A DNA stretch of 64,000 nucleotides from Candidatus Binataceae bacterium (GTDB lineage Bacteria; Desulfobacterota; Binatia; Binatales; Binataceae): positions 34,555 to 98,554 of the forward strand of contig JADMIL010000004.1 in the NCBI GenBank assembly GCA_015478645.1, read 5' to 3'. The notes under the pieces were generated by a model that ran no database searches, had not been told where the DNA came from, and worked only from the letters and a program-made list of their open reading frames with translations. Below, in pieces: positions 1 through 8,109 of this stretch. Every line of letters starts with the position of its first letter. Position 1 is the first letter of the stretch. A program made the translations under genes and the position numbers.

Positions 1-226
1 CGCGCGGGCGGCGATGCGATCGATTAAGACTGACGCGGGATTACCCTTTGGCGCCCTGACCAGTCCGCGCGATGTATACCTGGTCGTTCCGCCCGCGCTG
101 GAAGAAGTCGCAGCGCAATTGCTGCATTCGGATTTCATGGCGGGCGCGGGAGCGAGCGCGAGCGTGCCGACCGGGAATATCTGGAAAAATACCGCGACAC
201 TGGTCGTGAGCGAATACCTGTCGTAA
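1..226 (+). CDS. Mu-like major capsid protein gpT, C-terminal fragment (5' end outside window)
   Basis: MRSIKTDAG..LVVPPALEEVAAQLL..N.WK....LVVSEYLS parallels the C-terminus of Mu gpT as recalled (MRSFEGDGG..IVVPVGLEKAAEQLL..NEMKGKLQLVVADYL). Confidence 0.85.
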   Translation, partial: ARAAMRSIKTDAGLPFGALTSPRDVYLVVPPALEEVAAQLLHSDFMAGAGASASVPTGNIWKNTATLVVSEYLS

Positions 227-343
227 AAGAAGGACGCGCGTTCGCTCCCGCGTGCGGCACCTATCAGCCGCATCTCCGCGCTCGCTGCGCGCAAGCCGAC
301 CCAACAGGGCGGAACCAACAAGTCACAAGCGGCACCGAAGACG

Positions 344-802
344 ATGGCATACGCATTACCAAGCGACATGGCGGCGCGATACCCAAATCGGGATCTTGTT
401 CAACTGACTAATGAGGATCCCACACAGACAACGGTCAACGCCACGGTGCTGCAGCAGGCGCTCGATGATGCGTCGGCAGAGCTCGACGGGTATCTCGAAA
501 GCCGCTTCTCACTGCCACTGAACGACCCGCCGGTGGTGCTGAACCGGCTGGCCTGCGATATCGCGATGTACCGGCTACAGGCGCTGCGTCCGCTGCACGA
601 CCTGGCGGACGCGCGCAAGCGATACGAAGACGCGGTCGAGCTGCTGGTGCGGGTGACGCGCGGCGAAGTGACACTGGGCCTCGCCGCGGACAATCTGGAA
701 CCGCCGTTGGCGCAGAGCGCGGTGGTGACACAAGCGGGAGGCGATCCGAGCGGCGTGCTACCGGCGCGGGTTTTCGATCGGGGTACGCTGAAGAGCTTCT
801 GA
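344..802 (+). CDS. Mu gp36-like head-tail adaptor (DUF1320)
   Basis: MAYA...DM..RY....LVQLT, DGYL..R..LPL, RLACDIAMYRL, RYEDA..LL..V..G.V.LGL motifs. Confidence 0.88.
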   Translation: MAYALPSDMAARYPNRDLVQLTNEDPTQTTVNATVLQQALDDASAELDGYLESRFSLPLNDPPVVLNRLACDIAMYRLQALRPLHDLADARKRYEDAVELLVRVTRGEVTLGLAADNLEPPLAQSAVVTQAGGDPSGVLPARVFDRGTLKSF

Positions 803-848
803 CTATTATAGACGTGCCAGCATCCTGGTCGGGTAAAGGAGAATAGTA

Positions 849-1121
849 ATGCGTGTGACTTTCATCTGCGTGCGAGCCGAACGGCGCAACGAATGGCATC
901 CTGGTTATCTGGCGCATTCCGCGCGGCTGGTGCCGGTAGTCGATGGAGCACCGCCAGCGCGCGAATACTTTGTCGAGCCGCCAGTGGGCGTGATCGAACT
1001 GAGCGGCCTCGCGGCCGAACATTTCACGGTTGGGCGGACGTACGTGGTGCACTTCGACGAAGTAGGGCTTGACGAAAGCCGCGCTTCCCGCCGCAATGGT
1101 CCGCCGGCCGGGCGCGAGTAG
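849..1121 (+). CDS. Hypothetical protein (90 aa)
   Basis: Good RBS (AAGGAG) upstream; fills the gap between gp36 and gp37. Confidence 0.6.
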   Translation: MRVTFICVRAERRNEWHPGYLAHSARLVPVVDGAPPAREYFVEPPVGVIELSGLAAEHFTVGRTYVVHFDEVGLDESRASRRNGPPAGRE

Positions 1122-1130
1122 GAGGTATCG

Positions 1131-1970
1131 ATGGGCGCCGTAATCCTGGACAGTCCGTGGGCAGGGCAGAGCTACTCGCCGCCGACACCACTGGATATAC
1201 GGACGATCGAGTCCGCGATCGTCGCCCAGTTGATCGCGCAGATCAATGGCATCGAAGTCGCGCATTTTCCGGACAAGCCGGAGTCATACCGAATGATGCA
1301 TCGCGTCGGAGCGGCGCTTGTCCGCTACGACGGGGCGGAATACGGCCGGCTGATCGATACTGCGGCGGTGGTGCAGGAGCGCACTTTGAGATTCGAGATC
1401 ACGCTGATGATGCGCGACCTGGGCTGGAACTATGGCGGCGCGCCGGACGGTCCGAGTCCGGGAGCTTACGCTATGATCGAGAACGTGCGCGCAGCGCTGA
1501 CCGGGTACCGCGTTCCGGGATGCGCCAAGTGTTATCCGGTGCGCGAACGCTTCGTCGAACGGGATAAGCAAGGCGGCGCGTGGATATACGCGATCGTCTT
1601 CGCACTAAAGACGGCGGCGGTTGAAGCGTCGAGCACGGATAATTATCCGACCCTGGTGCTGGCGACTACTCAGGAACAGGGGGGCGTGACGAGCGTGAGC
1701 GTTAACGCGGCGGTCTATACGTTCAACTCGTCGGGAGCGATCCAACTGCCCAACGGGAATGTAACGGCCGTTGCATTGAGCAATATCACAAGCGGCGCAC
1801 CATACGCGTTGGGAACCGACTACACAGTCGACTCCGTCAACGGGGTACTCGACCAAGTTGCTAGCGGAACGCTTCCGCCGGGCGCAACGATCAACGTCGC
1901 ATACAGCTACGCCGAGATCGTCACAGCAAGCGCCGGTGGCAGGAGTGCTCCGTTGGCACCGCGAAACTGA
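1131..1970 (+). CDS. Mu gp37-like tail terminator/neck protein with an extra C-terminal beta-sandwich domain
   Basis: IE.AIV..L....VAHFPDKP..Y...HRVGAALVRY.G..Y, Q.R.L.FEIT...RDL, R.ALTGY, W.Y...F; RBS GGAGG; C-terminal GTDY..D..NG domain. Confidence 0.8.
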   Translation: MGAVILDSPWAGQSYSPPTPLDIRTIESAIVAQLIAQINGIEVAHFPDKPESYRMMHRVGAALVRYDGAEYGRLIDTAAVVQERTLRFEITLMMRDLGWNYGGAPDGPSPGAYAMIENVRAALTGYRVPGCAKCYPVRERFVERDKQGGAWIYAIVFALKTAAVEASSTDNYPTLVLATTQEQGGVTSVSVNAAVYTFNSSGAIQLPNGNVTAVALSNITSGAPYALGTDYTVDSVNGVLDQVASGTLPPGATINVAYSYAEIVTASAGGRSAPLAPRN

Positions 1971-2184
1971 TTACTCGGACGAAGGTGTGACGCAGTATCG
2001 TCGACGCTGACTGCACTCAGCGCACCGCACAATAGACAGAAGCTTGGCGGGAAGACGCTCATAACCGCACAGTTTAACACTCGAGTAAATGAGTAAAGTC
2101 ACCGCTAGCACCGGCGTCAACATCTATATGCATCGTCACGCGCAACAGACCACCGTTCCGCGGTGCGAATCAGAGGTAAACTAA

Positions 2185-3930
2185 ATGCCCGCATCGTTTT
2201 TGCATGGTGTCGAAGTAATCGAGGTCACGAGCGGTCCGGCACCGATAACCGTGGTCAAGTCGTCAGTCGTCGGTCTGATAGGCAGCGCGCCCCTGTGGTC
2301 TTCGAACGCCCCACCGTCGGTGAACTCGCCAACGCTGGTGAGTTCCGCGCAGCAGGGAGCAGTCTATGGTCCGGCGGTGCAGGGCTACACGATTCCATAT
2401 GCGCTCAACGCTATCCTTGCACAGGGAGCCGGCCAGGTGATCGTGGTCAACGTATTTGACCCGACGAGCCACTTCAGCGATATCGTCGCGTCACAAACGT
2501 TCAGCGCGGCCGGCGCGATCAATTTGGGCCACATGGGCATCTCCAATCTTTCGGTGTTGCCGACTAACACGACCGCGGTGAGCGCGGAATCACATACCTT
2601 TGGCGGAACGCCGGCAACGATCGAGCTTGCGCACGGAAATGTGCAAGCTTCGTCGATGGTAGTGACGAGTAATCCGGCGGGAACGACATACGTCCAGGGT
2701 ACTGACTATTTGGCTGACGCGCGTACGGGACTTATTACCCGGCTTTCGAGCGGAGCGCTAACGGCAACACAAGCCGTCCTCGTCGGCTACAGTTACTATT
2801 CCGGAACGCCGTATAGTGCCAGCACCGCGTACGCCGCCGACCTGGTCAACGGTGTAGTAACGTTGGTGGCGGGAGGAGCGATCGCGGCCGGAGCAACGGT
2901 AATCGCGTCATTCAGCTACGCGGACCCGAGCAAGGTTCAAGACTCGGACATTATCGGCACGGTCGGCTCCGGTGGCTATACGGGTTTGCAGGCGCTGCTG
3001 ACGACGTACGGCACAATGGGCTTTTTCGCGAAACTGTTGATCGCGCCAGGATACTCACAGAACGGGGACGTCGCGACGGCAATGCTGGCGACGGCGGCCA
3101 GTATACGGGCGATGGCACTGCTCGACGCTCCGCCGGGAACCGCGGCGGCGGCGGTGATCGCAAATCGGGGCGTCGCGGGCAATGCGTTCGACACGAGTTC
3201 GACCCGGGCGATCCTGTGTTATCCGCAGGAGACGTTTTACGATATTGGATTGGTGCCCACCGGAGTGACCTTGAACGGAACGACGCCGGTTCGGCTGGCC
3301 GCAAATCAAAACTCGATAGCACCCTATTCTCAGTGGGTAGCGGGGGCGATGGCCGCAAAGGACCTGTCCAAGGGCTATTGGTGGTCGCCATCGAACACCA
3401 TGGTGAATGGGATTCTTGGTCCGGATGTTACGCTCTATGCATCGATCCTCGATGCGTCATCGGATGTGAACAATCTCAATGCGGCGGGAATTGTGACAGC
3501 CTTCAACGCTTTCGGCACCGGCCTCAGAGTGTGGGGCAACCGGACGGCCGGTTTTCCGGACGTGACGACACCCGATAACTTTATCAGCGTGCGCCGGACC
3601 ATGGATGTAATTGAGGAATCGGTGGAGCTGTCGATGCTGCAGTTTATCGACCAGCCTATTAGCAATGCACTGATTACCGCGATCCTGGCAAGCGCAAACG
3701 CGTTTATACGAACGCTTATTCAACGCGGCGCACTGGTCGCGGGATCGGCCAGCTACAATCCAGCGGAGAATCCGGCCAACCAGATTACAGCAGGCCAGTT
3801 GGTATTCGATATTGATGTGATGCCGCCGCCGCCGGCAGAGCGACTGACCTTCAACGTCTATATCGACTCGACTTTGCTCAGCCAGCTAGGAACAGCGAGT
3901 GCGTTGACCAGTACGACGCTCAACGCATAA
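2185..3930 (+). CDS. Contractile tail sheath protein (P2 FI-like)
   Basis: FLHGVEVIEV..G..PI..V.S.V.GLIG, LIAPG, GYWWSPSN, G.RVWGNRT, FISVRRT.D.IEES, PPPPAERLTF. Confidence 0.95.
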   Translation: MPASFLHGVEVIEVTSGPAPITVVKSSVVGLIGSAPLWSSNAPPSVNSPTLVSSAQQGAVYGPAVQGYTIPYALNAILAQGAGQVIVVNVFDPTSHFSDIVASQTFSAAGAINLGHMGISNLSVLPTNTTAVSAESHTFGGTPATIELAHGNVQASSMVVTSNPAGTTYVQGTDYLADARTGLITRLSSGALTATQAVLVGYSYYSGTPYSASTAYAADLVNGVVTLVAGGAIAAGATVIASFSYADPSKVQDSDIIGTVGSGGYTGLQALLTTYGTMGFFAKLLIAPGYSQNGDVATAMLATAASIRAMALLDAPPGTAAAAVIANRGVAGNAFDTSSTRAILCYPQETFYDIGLVPTGVTLNGTTPVRLAANQNSIAPYSQWVAGAMAAKDLSKGYWWSPSNTMVNGILGPDVTLYASILDASSDVNNLNAAGIVTAFNAFGTGLRVWGNRTAGFPDVTTPDNFISVRRTMDVIEESVELSMLQFIDQPISNALITAILASANAFIRTLIQRGALVAGSASYNPAENPANQITAGQLVFDIDVMPPPPAERLTFNVYIDSTLLSQLGTASALTSTTLNA

Positions 3931-3996
3931 TCGAACAGAGACTAACGGCGGACGCAGAACCAGCCGTGTCCGCATGAAAGCGGCAAGGATGATGCG

Positions 3997-4515
3997 ATGG
4001 ACATTTCGGTAAATCGTATAACGAATGCGAATATTTATATGGACGGCGCGGGTTTGCTTGGAAGGGCTGAAGAAGTCGAGGTGGCACAGCCGCGCCATCG
4101 CATGGTCGACCATAAGGGCCTGGGGATGGCAGGGACGGCCGAATTCTGGGCGGGGGTCGACAAGCTCGAAGCCAAGATCAAGTGGGCATCGCTGTATCCG
4201 GAAGCGTTAACGGCGGCGGCCAGTCCCTTTACGTCGCATTCGTTCCAGGTTCGCGGCAGCCTCGAGCAATACACCAGCCAGGGAAGGAGCGCCGAGCTGC
4301 CAGTGGTCTATTTGATGACGGCGGTATTCAAGGATGCGGGCGCCTTTCGCTTCCGGCAGCACGAGAACGTGGATTCCACGTCCAGCCTTACGGTCTACCA
4401 TTCGGAGCTCTACGTAGCGGGAACGCAAATCCATTTGTACGATGTACTCGCCAATATATACGTGGTGAACGGTGTCGATCAGCTAGCCGTATTTCGTGCG
4501 AACCTCGGCGGATGA
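3997..4515 (+). CDS. Major tail tube protein (P2 FII-like)
   Basis: NANIY.DG...LG.AEEV, GLGM.G......G.DKLEA, ...YDV..NIY.VNGVD.LA..R.NLG; follows the sheath. Confidence 0.92.
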   Translation: MDISVNRITNANIYMDGAGLLGRAEEVEVAQPRHRMVDHKGLGMAGTAEFWAGVDKLEAKIKWASLYPEALTAAASPFTSHSFQVRGSLEQYTSQGRSAELPVVYLMTAVFKDAGAFRFRQHENVDSTSSLTVYHSELYVAGTQIHLYDVLANIYVVNGVDQLAVFRANLGG

Positions 4516-4604
4516 TTATTTTGCGCTCAACTTTAAGCAGAATTAACTAGCGAGTAAGGCATTCGGAATTATAGTTATAGCCGCGGGGCGCGAGAGCAGA
4601 TGAT

Positions 4605-4676
4605 GCGGCGGCGGAAACACGTGTTTTCAGTTCATCCGGTGCGACGGTTCGAAGCGATAGGCATTTCCGCCGCCGC
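4605..4676. repeat. 13-bp perfect inverted repeat in the tube-chaperone spacer (possible RNA stem)
   Basis: GCGGCGGCGGAAA (4605-4617) / TTTCCGCCGCCGC (4664-4676). Confidence 0.6.
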
Positions 4677-4738
4677 GCGCATTTCGGCCCCGACGCCGGC
4701 GGGGCGCCGCAAGCAAAAAAGAAGAGGAGTTGCATTCG

Positions 4739-5068
4739 ATGGCCGATGAAGTGAAGGCGATTATGCTTCCATCTGGGAGAGCTGCGACAATACGCAAGGG
4801 AAAAGGGCGCGACCTGATGCGCGCGCATCGCGCAGTCGCAGGAAATCAGGAGCCTATGGCCGTCTCGTTCGCACTAGTGGCCGAATTGGCCCAAGTGGAA
4901 GGAAGACCGATCGTTTACGAGGACGTGTTGGCGATGGACCTGGAGGACGTGCTTGTGCTCGAAGCTGAAGTAATGGGGGCGGCTGAGGGCGAACCAAATT
5001 TTACCGTGAGGCCGGAGGACCGCACCGAAGAATCGAACTACCTGGAGCGGCCGCGGTCGTCAGATTAA
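4739..5068 (+). CDS. Tail assembly chaperone (gpE/gp41-like), 0-frame product
   Basis: Position after the tube; LPSG..ATIR...GRDL..A, ..EDV..MDLED motif; RBS GAGGAG 9 nt before ATG 4739. Confidence 0.85.
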   Translation: MADEVKAIMLPSGRAATIRKGKGRDLMRAHRAVAGNQEPMAVSFALVAELAQVEGRPIVYEDVLAMDLEDVLVLEAEVMGAAEGEPNFTVRPEDRTEESNYLERPRSSD

Positions 5069-5184
5069 TCGGATTTGGTTTCGCACTGACGGAGCTGGAT
5101 TCCATGACGCTGGAGGAACTCGAGTACTGGGCGCGAACCACCGCCGAATACTTACTGGCTAACGAACACGGGCACCAAGGATGA
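4996..5184 (+). CDS. -1 frameshift extension of the tail chaperone (gpE+E'-like)
   Basis: In-frame slippery heptamer A AAT TTT at 4996-5002; the -1 frame is open to TGA 5182-5184 and encodes ..GFALTELDSMTLEELEYWARTT.., a gpE'-like motif. Confidence 0.8.
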   Translation, partial: KFYREAGGPHRRIELPGAAAVVRLIGFGFALTELDSMTLEELEYWARTTAEYLLANEHGHQG

Positions 5185-5224
5185 TGAGCGGACGACGATC
5201 ATGAATGCGCGAGGAAGCGAGGGT

Positions 5225-5521
5225 ATGAGTAAGCGGTTATACGCAGGCAACTTGCATTTTGACTTAACCGACACGGCGCTCCAGCAGGTATTTGGGCACG
5301 TCGGCGGAGTTGAGAAGGCAGAGGTAATTAAGGACCGGGCGACCGGCCTGTCGCGCGGTTTCGGCTTCGTCGAAATGATGACGATCGAAGATGGCGAAGC
5401 GGCGATCGCGGAACTGGATGGTGCCGACGTAATGGGGCGGGTATTACGGGTGGCGCCGGCCAAGCCGCACGAGCCCCCGCGGCGTGGGCGATCAGCCGCG
5501 TACGAAACAGGAATAGAATGA
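5225..5521 (+). CDS. RNA-binding protein, single RRM domain
   Basis: RNP2 LYAGNL, RNP1 RGFGFVEM, AI.ELDG....GR.LRV..A; stop overlaps next start (ATGA). Confidence 0.93.
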   Translation: MSKRLYAGNLHFDLTDTALQQVFGHVGGVEKAEVIKDRATGLSRGFGFVEMMTIEDGEAAIAELDGADVMGRVLRVAPAKPHEPPRRGRSAAYETGIE

Positions 5522-6792
5522 AGTCGCGGGCCGACATGGTGCATGCGTCACGCTTTGCAGATCACGTCGTCGTGCGGTCGGCGACGATAGCGGGGCGTAT
5601 CGGCGGACTAGCGGAGTCCACTCGCAAATTGTCGCTTGAATCGACCGAGACCGCACACGGGATCCTCGCGGCTGCGCGCAGGAGCCGCAGGGTGCCAATC
5701 GGCCGGTCGAGTAATCCCTCGAGCAGCGATAGTTTGATCAGCCGCGTCGAGGACATCCCGACTTGGCGCCAGGCGCCAGCGCGCATTCGCGATCTTGAAT
5801 CGAATGTAAATAGCCTTATCAGTGCCGCGGGACTAGCCACAGTCACCGAACGAGTCGGTTCCGTGATAGGCGATATCGTGACTCATACGACCCGAGCGTC
5901 GCTGGCGATGCCGTCATGGTTATCGATTAATAAGATGGAAAGAGCGTCTCGCAGGTCATTGAATGCCCAGTCGACCGAACCTCAACAACGCAATCGATTA
6001 AACAATACTTTCGTCGACACCCGCAGCAGCTCCGCCGCAATCCATACTAACTACCTCGGCTTGAGCGCACCTGACGTTATGTCGCCCGCAGGACCCGCAC
6101 GGGATCAGCCCGCGGTGTATCCGTCGTCGTCAGGGTTCGATCCGAAGCGTCCAAATGGATATAACGCTCCCCGCTGGGGCGAGATGGGCTTTATACCTCT
6201 GACGGCAGCGAATACCCAAGGAGTTGCGCGCCACCGCAGTTTTTCGACGCATCGGAATCGGCTTACTACCCTAGAAGCAGACGCCCGCAATAGAGGCCTT
6301 GTGCGCGCCGCGCAACGCTCTGCAAGCGACGCTTTCGACACTACCTACACGAGATCAAAGACGTCACCCGCAGCGAATGTCGAGAACGCTGCGCGTCACG
6401 CTGCGCGACTTGGCTCGGCTGTTTACGCAAAAGGCGGTGCGCCGCACGGAAATGGAGTCTCTTCAGACCGCGAATGGAGAAGCAATCGGCTGCGAAGGAA
6501 CCGCGTTGAGGCTTGGGACCTCGATAATCGGTTTGCACGAGATTACCGAAGGCCGAACGAATATTCGAGCGGCGGCGCGAATGACTATCTGAAGGGAAGA
6601 GAACGCAGCGCGTCGGGATACCGTGGCGAGAGCGTTCCGCTAATCGTGAACTACTCGCCCACGGTGACGCTGTTTGACGCCCCGCCTGGGGAGATGGAGC
6701 GACGGTTGGTTGAAGCAATCGGCCGCCATGGCAGCGACCTGGTGCGCGTGCTGAACCGAGAGATGGAAAAGCGGCGACGCGCGGGATTCTAG
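5518..6792 (+). CDS. Atypical short protein in the tape-measure position
   Basis: Between chaperone and gpU; C-terminus (IVNYSPTVTL..D.....L......L..VL..EME.RRR..F) resembles TMP C-termini; the rest is R/S/A-rich and low complexity. Confidence 0.6.
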   Translation: MKSRADMVHASRFADHVVVRSATIAGRIGGLAESTRKLSLESTETAHGILAAARRSRRVPIGRSSNPSSSDSLISRVEDIPTWRQAPARIRDLESNVNSLISAAGLATVTERVGSVIGDIVTHTTRASLAMPSWLSINKMERASRRSLNAQSTEPQQRNRLNNTFVDTRSSSAAIHTNYLGLSAPDVMSPAGPARDQPAVYPSSSGFDPKRPNGYNAPRWGEMGFIPLTAANTQGVARHRSFSTHRNRLTTLEADARNRGLVRAAQRSASDAFDTTYTRSKTSPAANVENAARHAARLGSAVYAKGGAPHGNGVSSDREWRSNRLRRNRVEAWDLDNRFARDYRRPNEYSSGGANDYLKGRERSASGYRGESVPLIVNYSPTVTLFDAPPGEMERRLVEAIGRHGSDLVRVLNREMEKRRRAGF

Positions 6793-6861
6793 CGGGCGGA
6801 CCTCGTAACACGGCCACCGGCCAAGTTAAGGCATACTTCGAGGCCATAACTAAAGGATTGA

Positions 6862-7515
6862 ATGATGTTCGCGGTACTCGGCGAAATAGTCTTTGAAGTT
6901 CTAAGCTCACCCGAAAAGCTGGAATACACGCGCGACTGGGATTACGCGGAACTTCGTGTGATCGAGGATCGTCCGCGGCTTCAGTGGATAGCGGATAACC
7001 TGGCGTTGATCACGATCGATTTGCGCTTTCACGCCAGCTTTACCGTGCCCGAACTACAACTGGCCGCACTGATTGCGGCGGGTGACGATCACATTGCACG
7101 CCCGCTGGTGTTCGGAAACGGAATTCATCGCGGTTACTTTGTCGTGACTTCACTTCGAACGATTGCGACGCAGATGACGGCGGCCGGCGACCTTGCGGGA
7201 ATTACCGTGCGGACGACGCTTAAGGAATGGGCACTGAGTATTGAAATAGATCCGGGGGCGCCGCCCATCGCTCTGTTCCCCCTGCTTGGCGTGGTAGCGG
7301 CTCCGGCGGGAACTTCGACCGCATTGGTGTCATACCCCGGAGCAGGTGGAGTCGCTGAGACGCTCAGCGCATTGATCCCGGTTTACGCATCACCGGCAAT
7401 TCCCGCTCCAGGAGTCTCACCGATCCTCGACAACCCGGCCGCGACCGGCGCGGGATCGCCGCATCTGGTAGCCAATGATGTACCGCCGGGCACAATAGTG
7501 CGGGCGCCAAGATGA
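6862..7515 (+). CDS. P2 gpU-like tail tube initiator with Pro/Ala-rich extension
   Basis: MFA.LG.I.F, YAE...I..RPRLQW....L..I.I...FH..F..P, PLVFGNG...G.FV. Confidence 0.85.
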   Translation: MMFAVLGEIVFEVLSSPEKLEYTRDWDYAELRVIEDRPRLQWIADNLALITIDLRFHASFTVPELQLAALIAAGDDHIARPLVFGNGIHRGYFVVTSLRTIATQMTAAGDLAGITVRTTLKEWALSIEIDPGAPPIALFPLLGVVAAPAGTSTALVSYPGAGGVAETLSALIPVYASPAIPAPGVSPILDNPAATGAGSPHLVANDVPPGTIVRAPR

Positions 7516-7585
7516 ATCGCCTCGCTCGGTTAGCAGGTTTTCCGACTGACAGTCATACTCTGCAAGTACTGAAGAAGACAACTCA

Positions 7586-7813
7586 ATGGTCCAAGCACAA
7601 TTCCTGACACACGTAACAATCCGGGGCGAGCGCTGGGATTCGCTTGCCTGGAAATACTACGGCGACGCCACCCTGTTTTCACCGATCGTGATGGCTAATC
7701 CGCAAATCGCGGTCGAACCGGTCTTCGAGGCAGGCCTGGTGATTGGTGTTCCGATATTACAGGTGAGCCAGGCGACCACCAGCGACCTGCCTCCGTGGAA
7801 ACGAACTTCATGA
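7586..7813 (+). CDS. Tail protein X (LysM-like)
   Basis: T..GERWD.LAWKYYGD......I..ANP.......F.AG..I.VP....LPPWK. Confidence 0.9.
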   Translation: MVQAQFLTHVTIRGERWDSLAWKYYGDATLFSPIVMANPQIAVEPVFEAGLVIGVPILQVSQATTSDLPPWKRTS

Positions 7814-8109
7814 TGAAGCGGCTGCGGAACTTGTGCGTGCGGTTTTTTCCAACGCGGCCGTTATGCGCGAAATGCGTGTCCGGACGCATGTCGCATCCGG
7901 TGTATTGTAAGGGCGAAGCGTGTGCTCATCGTCGGCAGAGAACCGTGTATTCATTACACGAGCATTTATACCTTCAATGCAGTAGATGTGGATACGTAGT
8001 CTGGTACCCGTGCGCTGATCATCGAGACATTGATCGGCATAAACGCAAGCGGTGTGCCGCTTCGCCGCTACTGCTAATAATCCGGCAGCGCTGTAAGGAT
8101 GCCCACTAG
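7810..8109 (+). CDS. Small Cys/His-rich putative zinc-binding protein
   Basis: ATGA overlap with the gpX stop; stop abuts gpD ATG; CxxC, CxxxxC, HxH, CxxC, C. Confidence 0.55.
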   Translation: MMKRLRNLCVRFFPTRPLCAKCVSGRMSHPVYCKGEACAHRRQRTVYSLHEHLYLQCSRCGYVVWYPCADHRDIDRHKRKRCAASPLLLIIRQRCKDAH

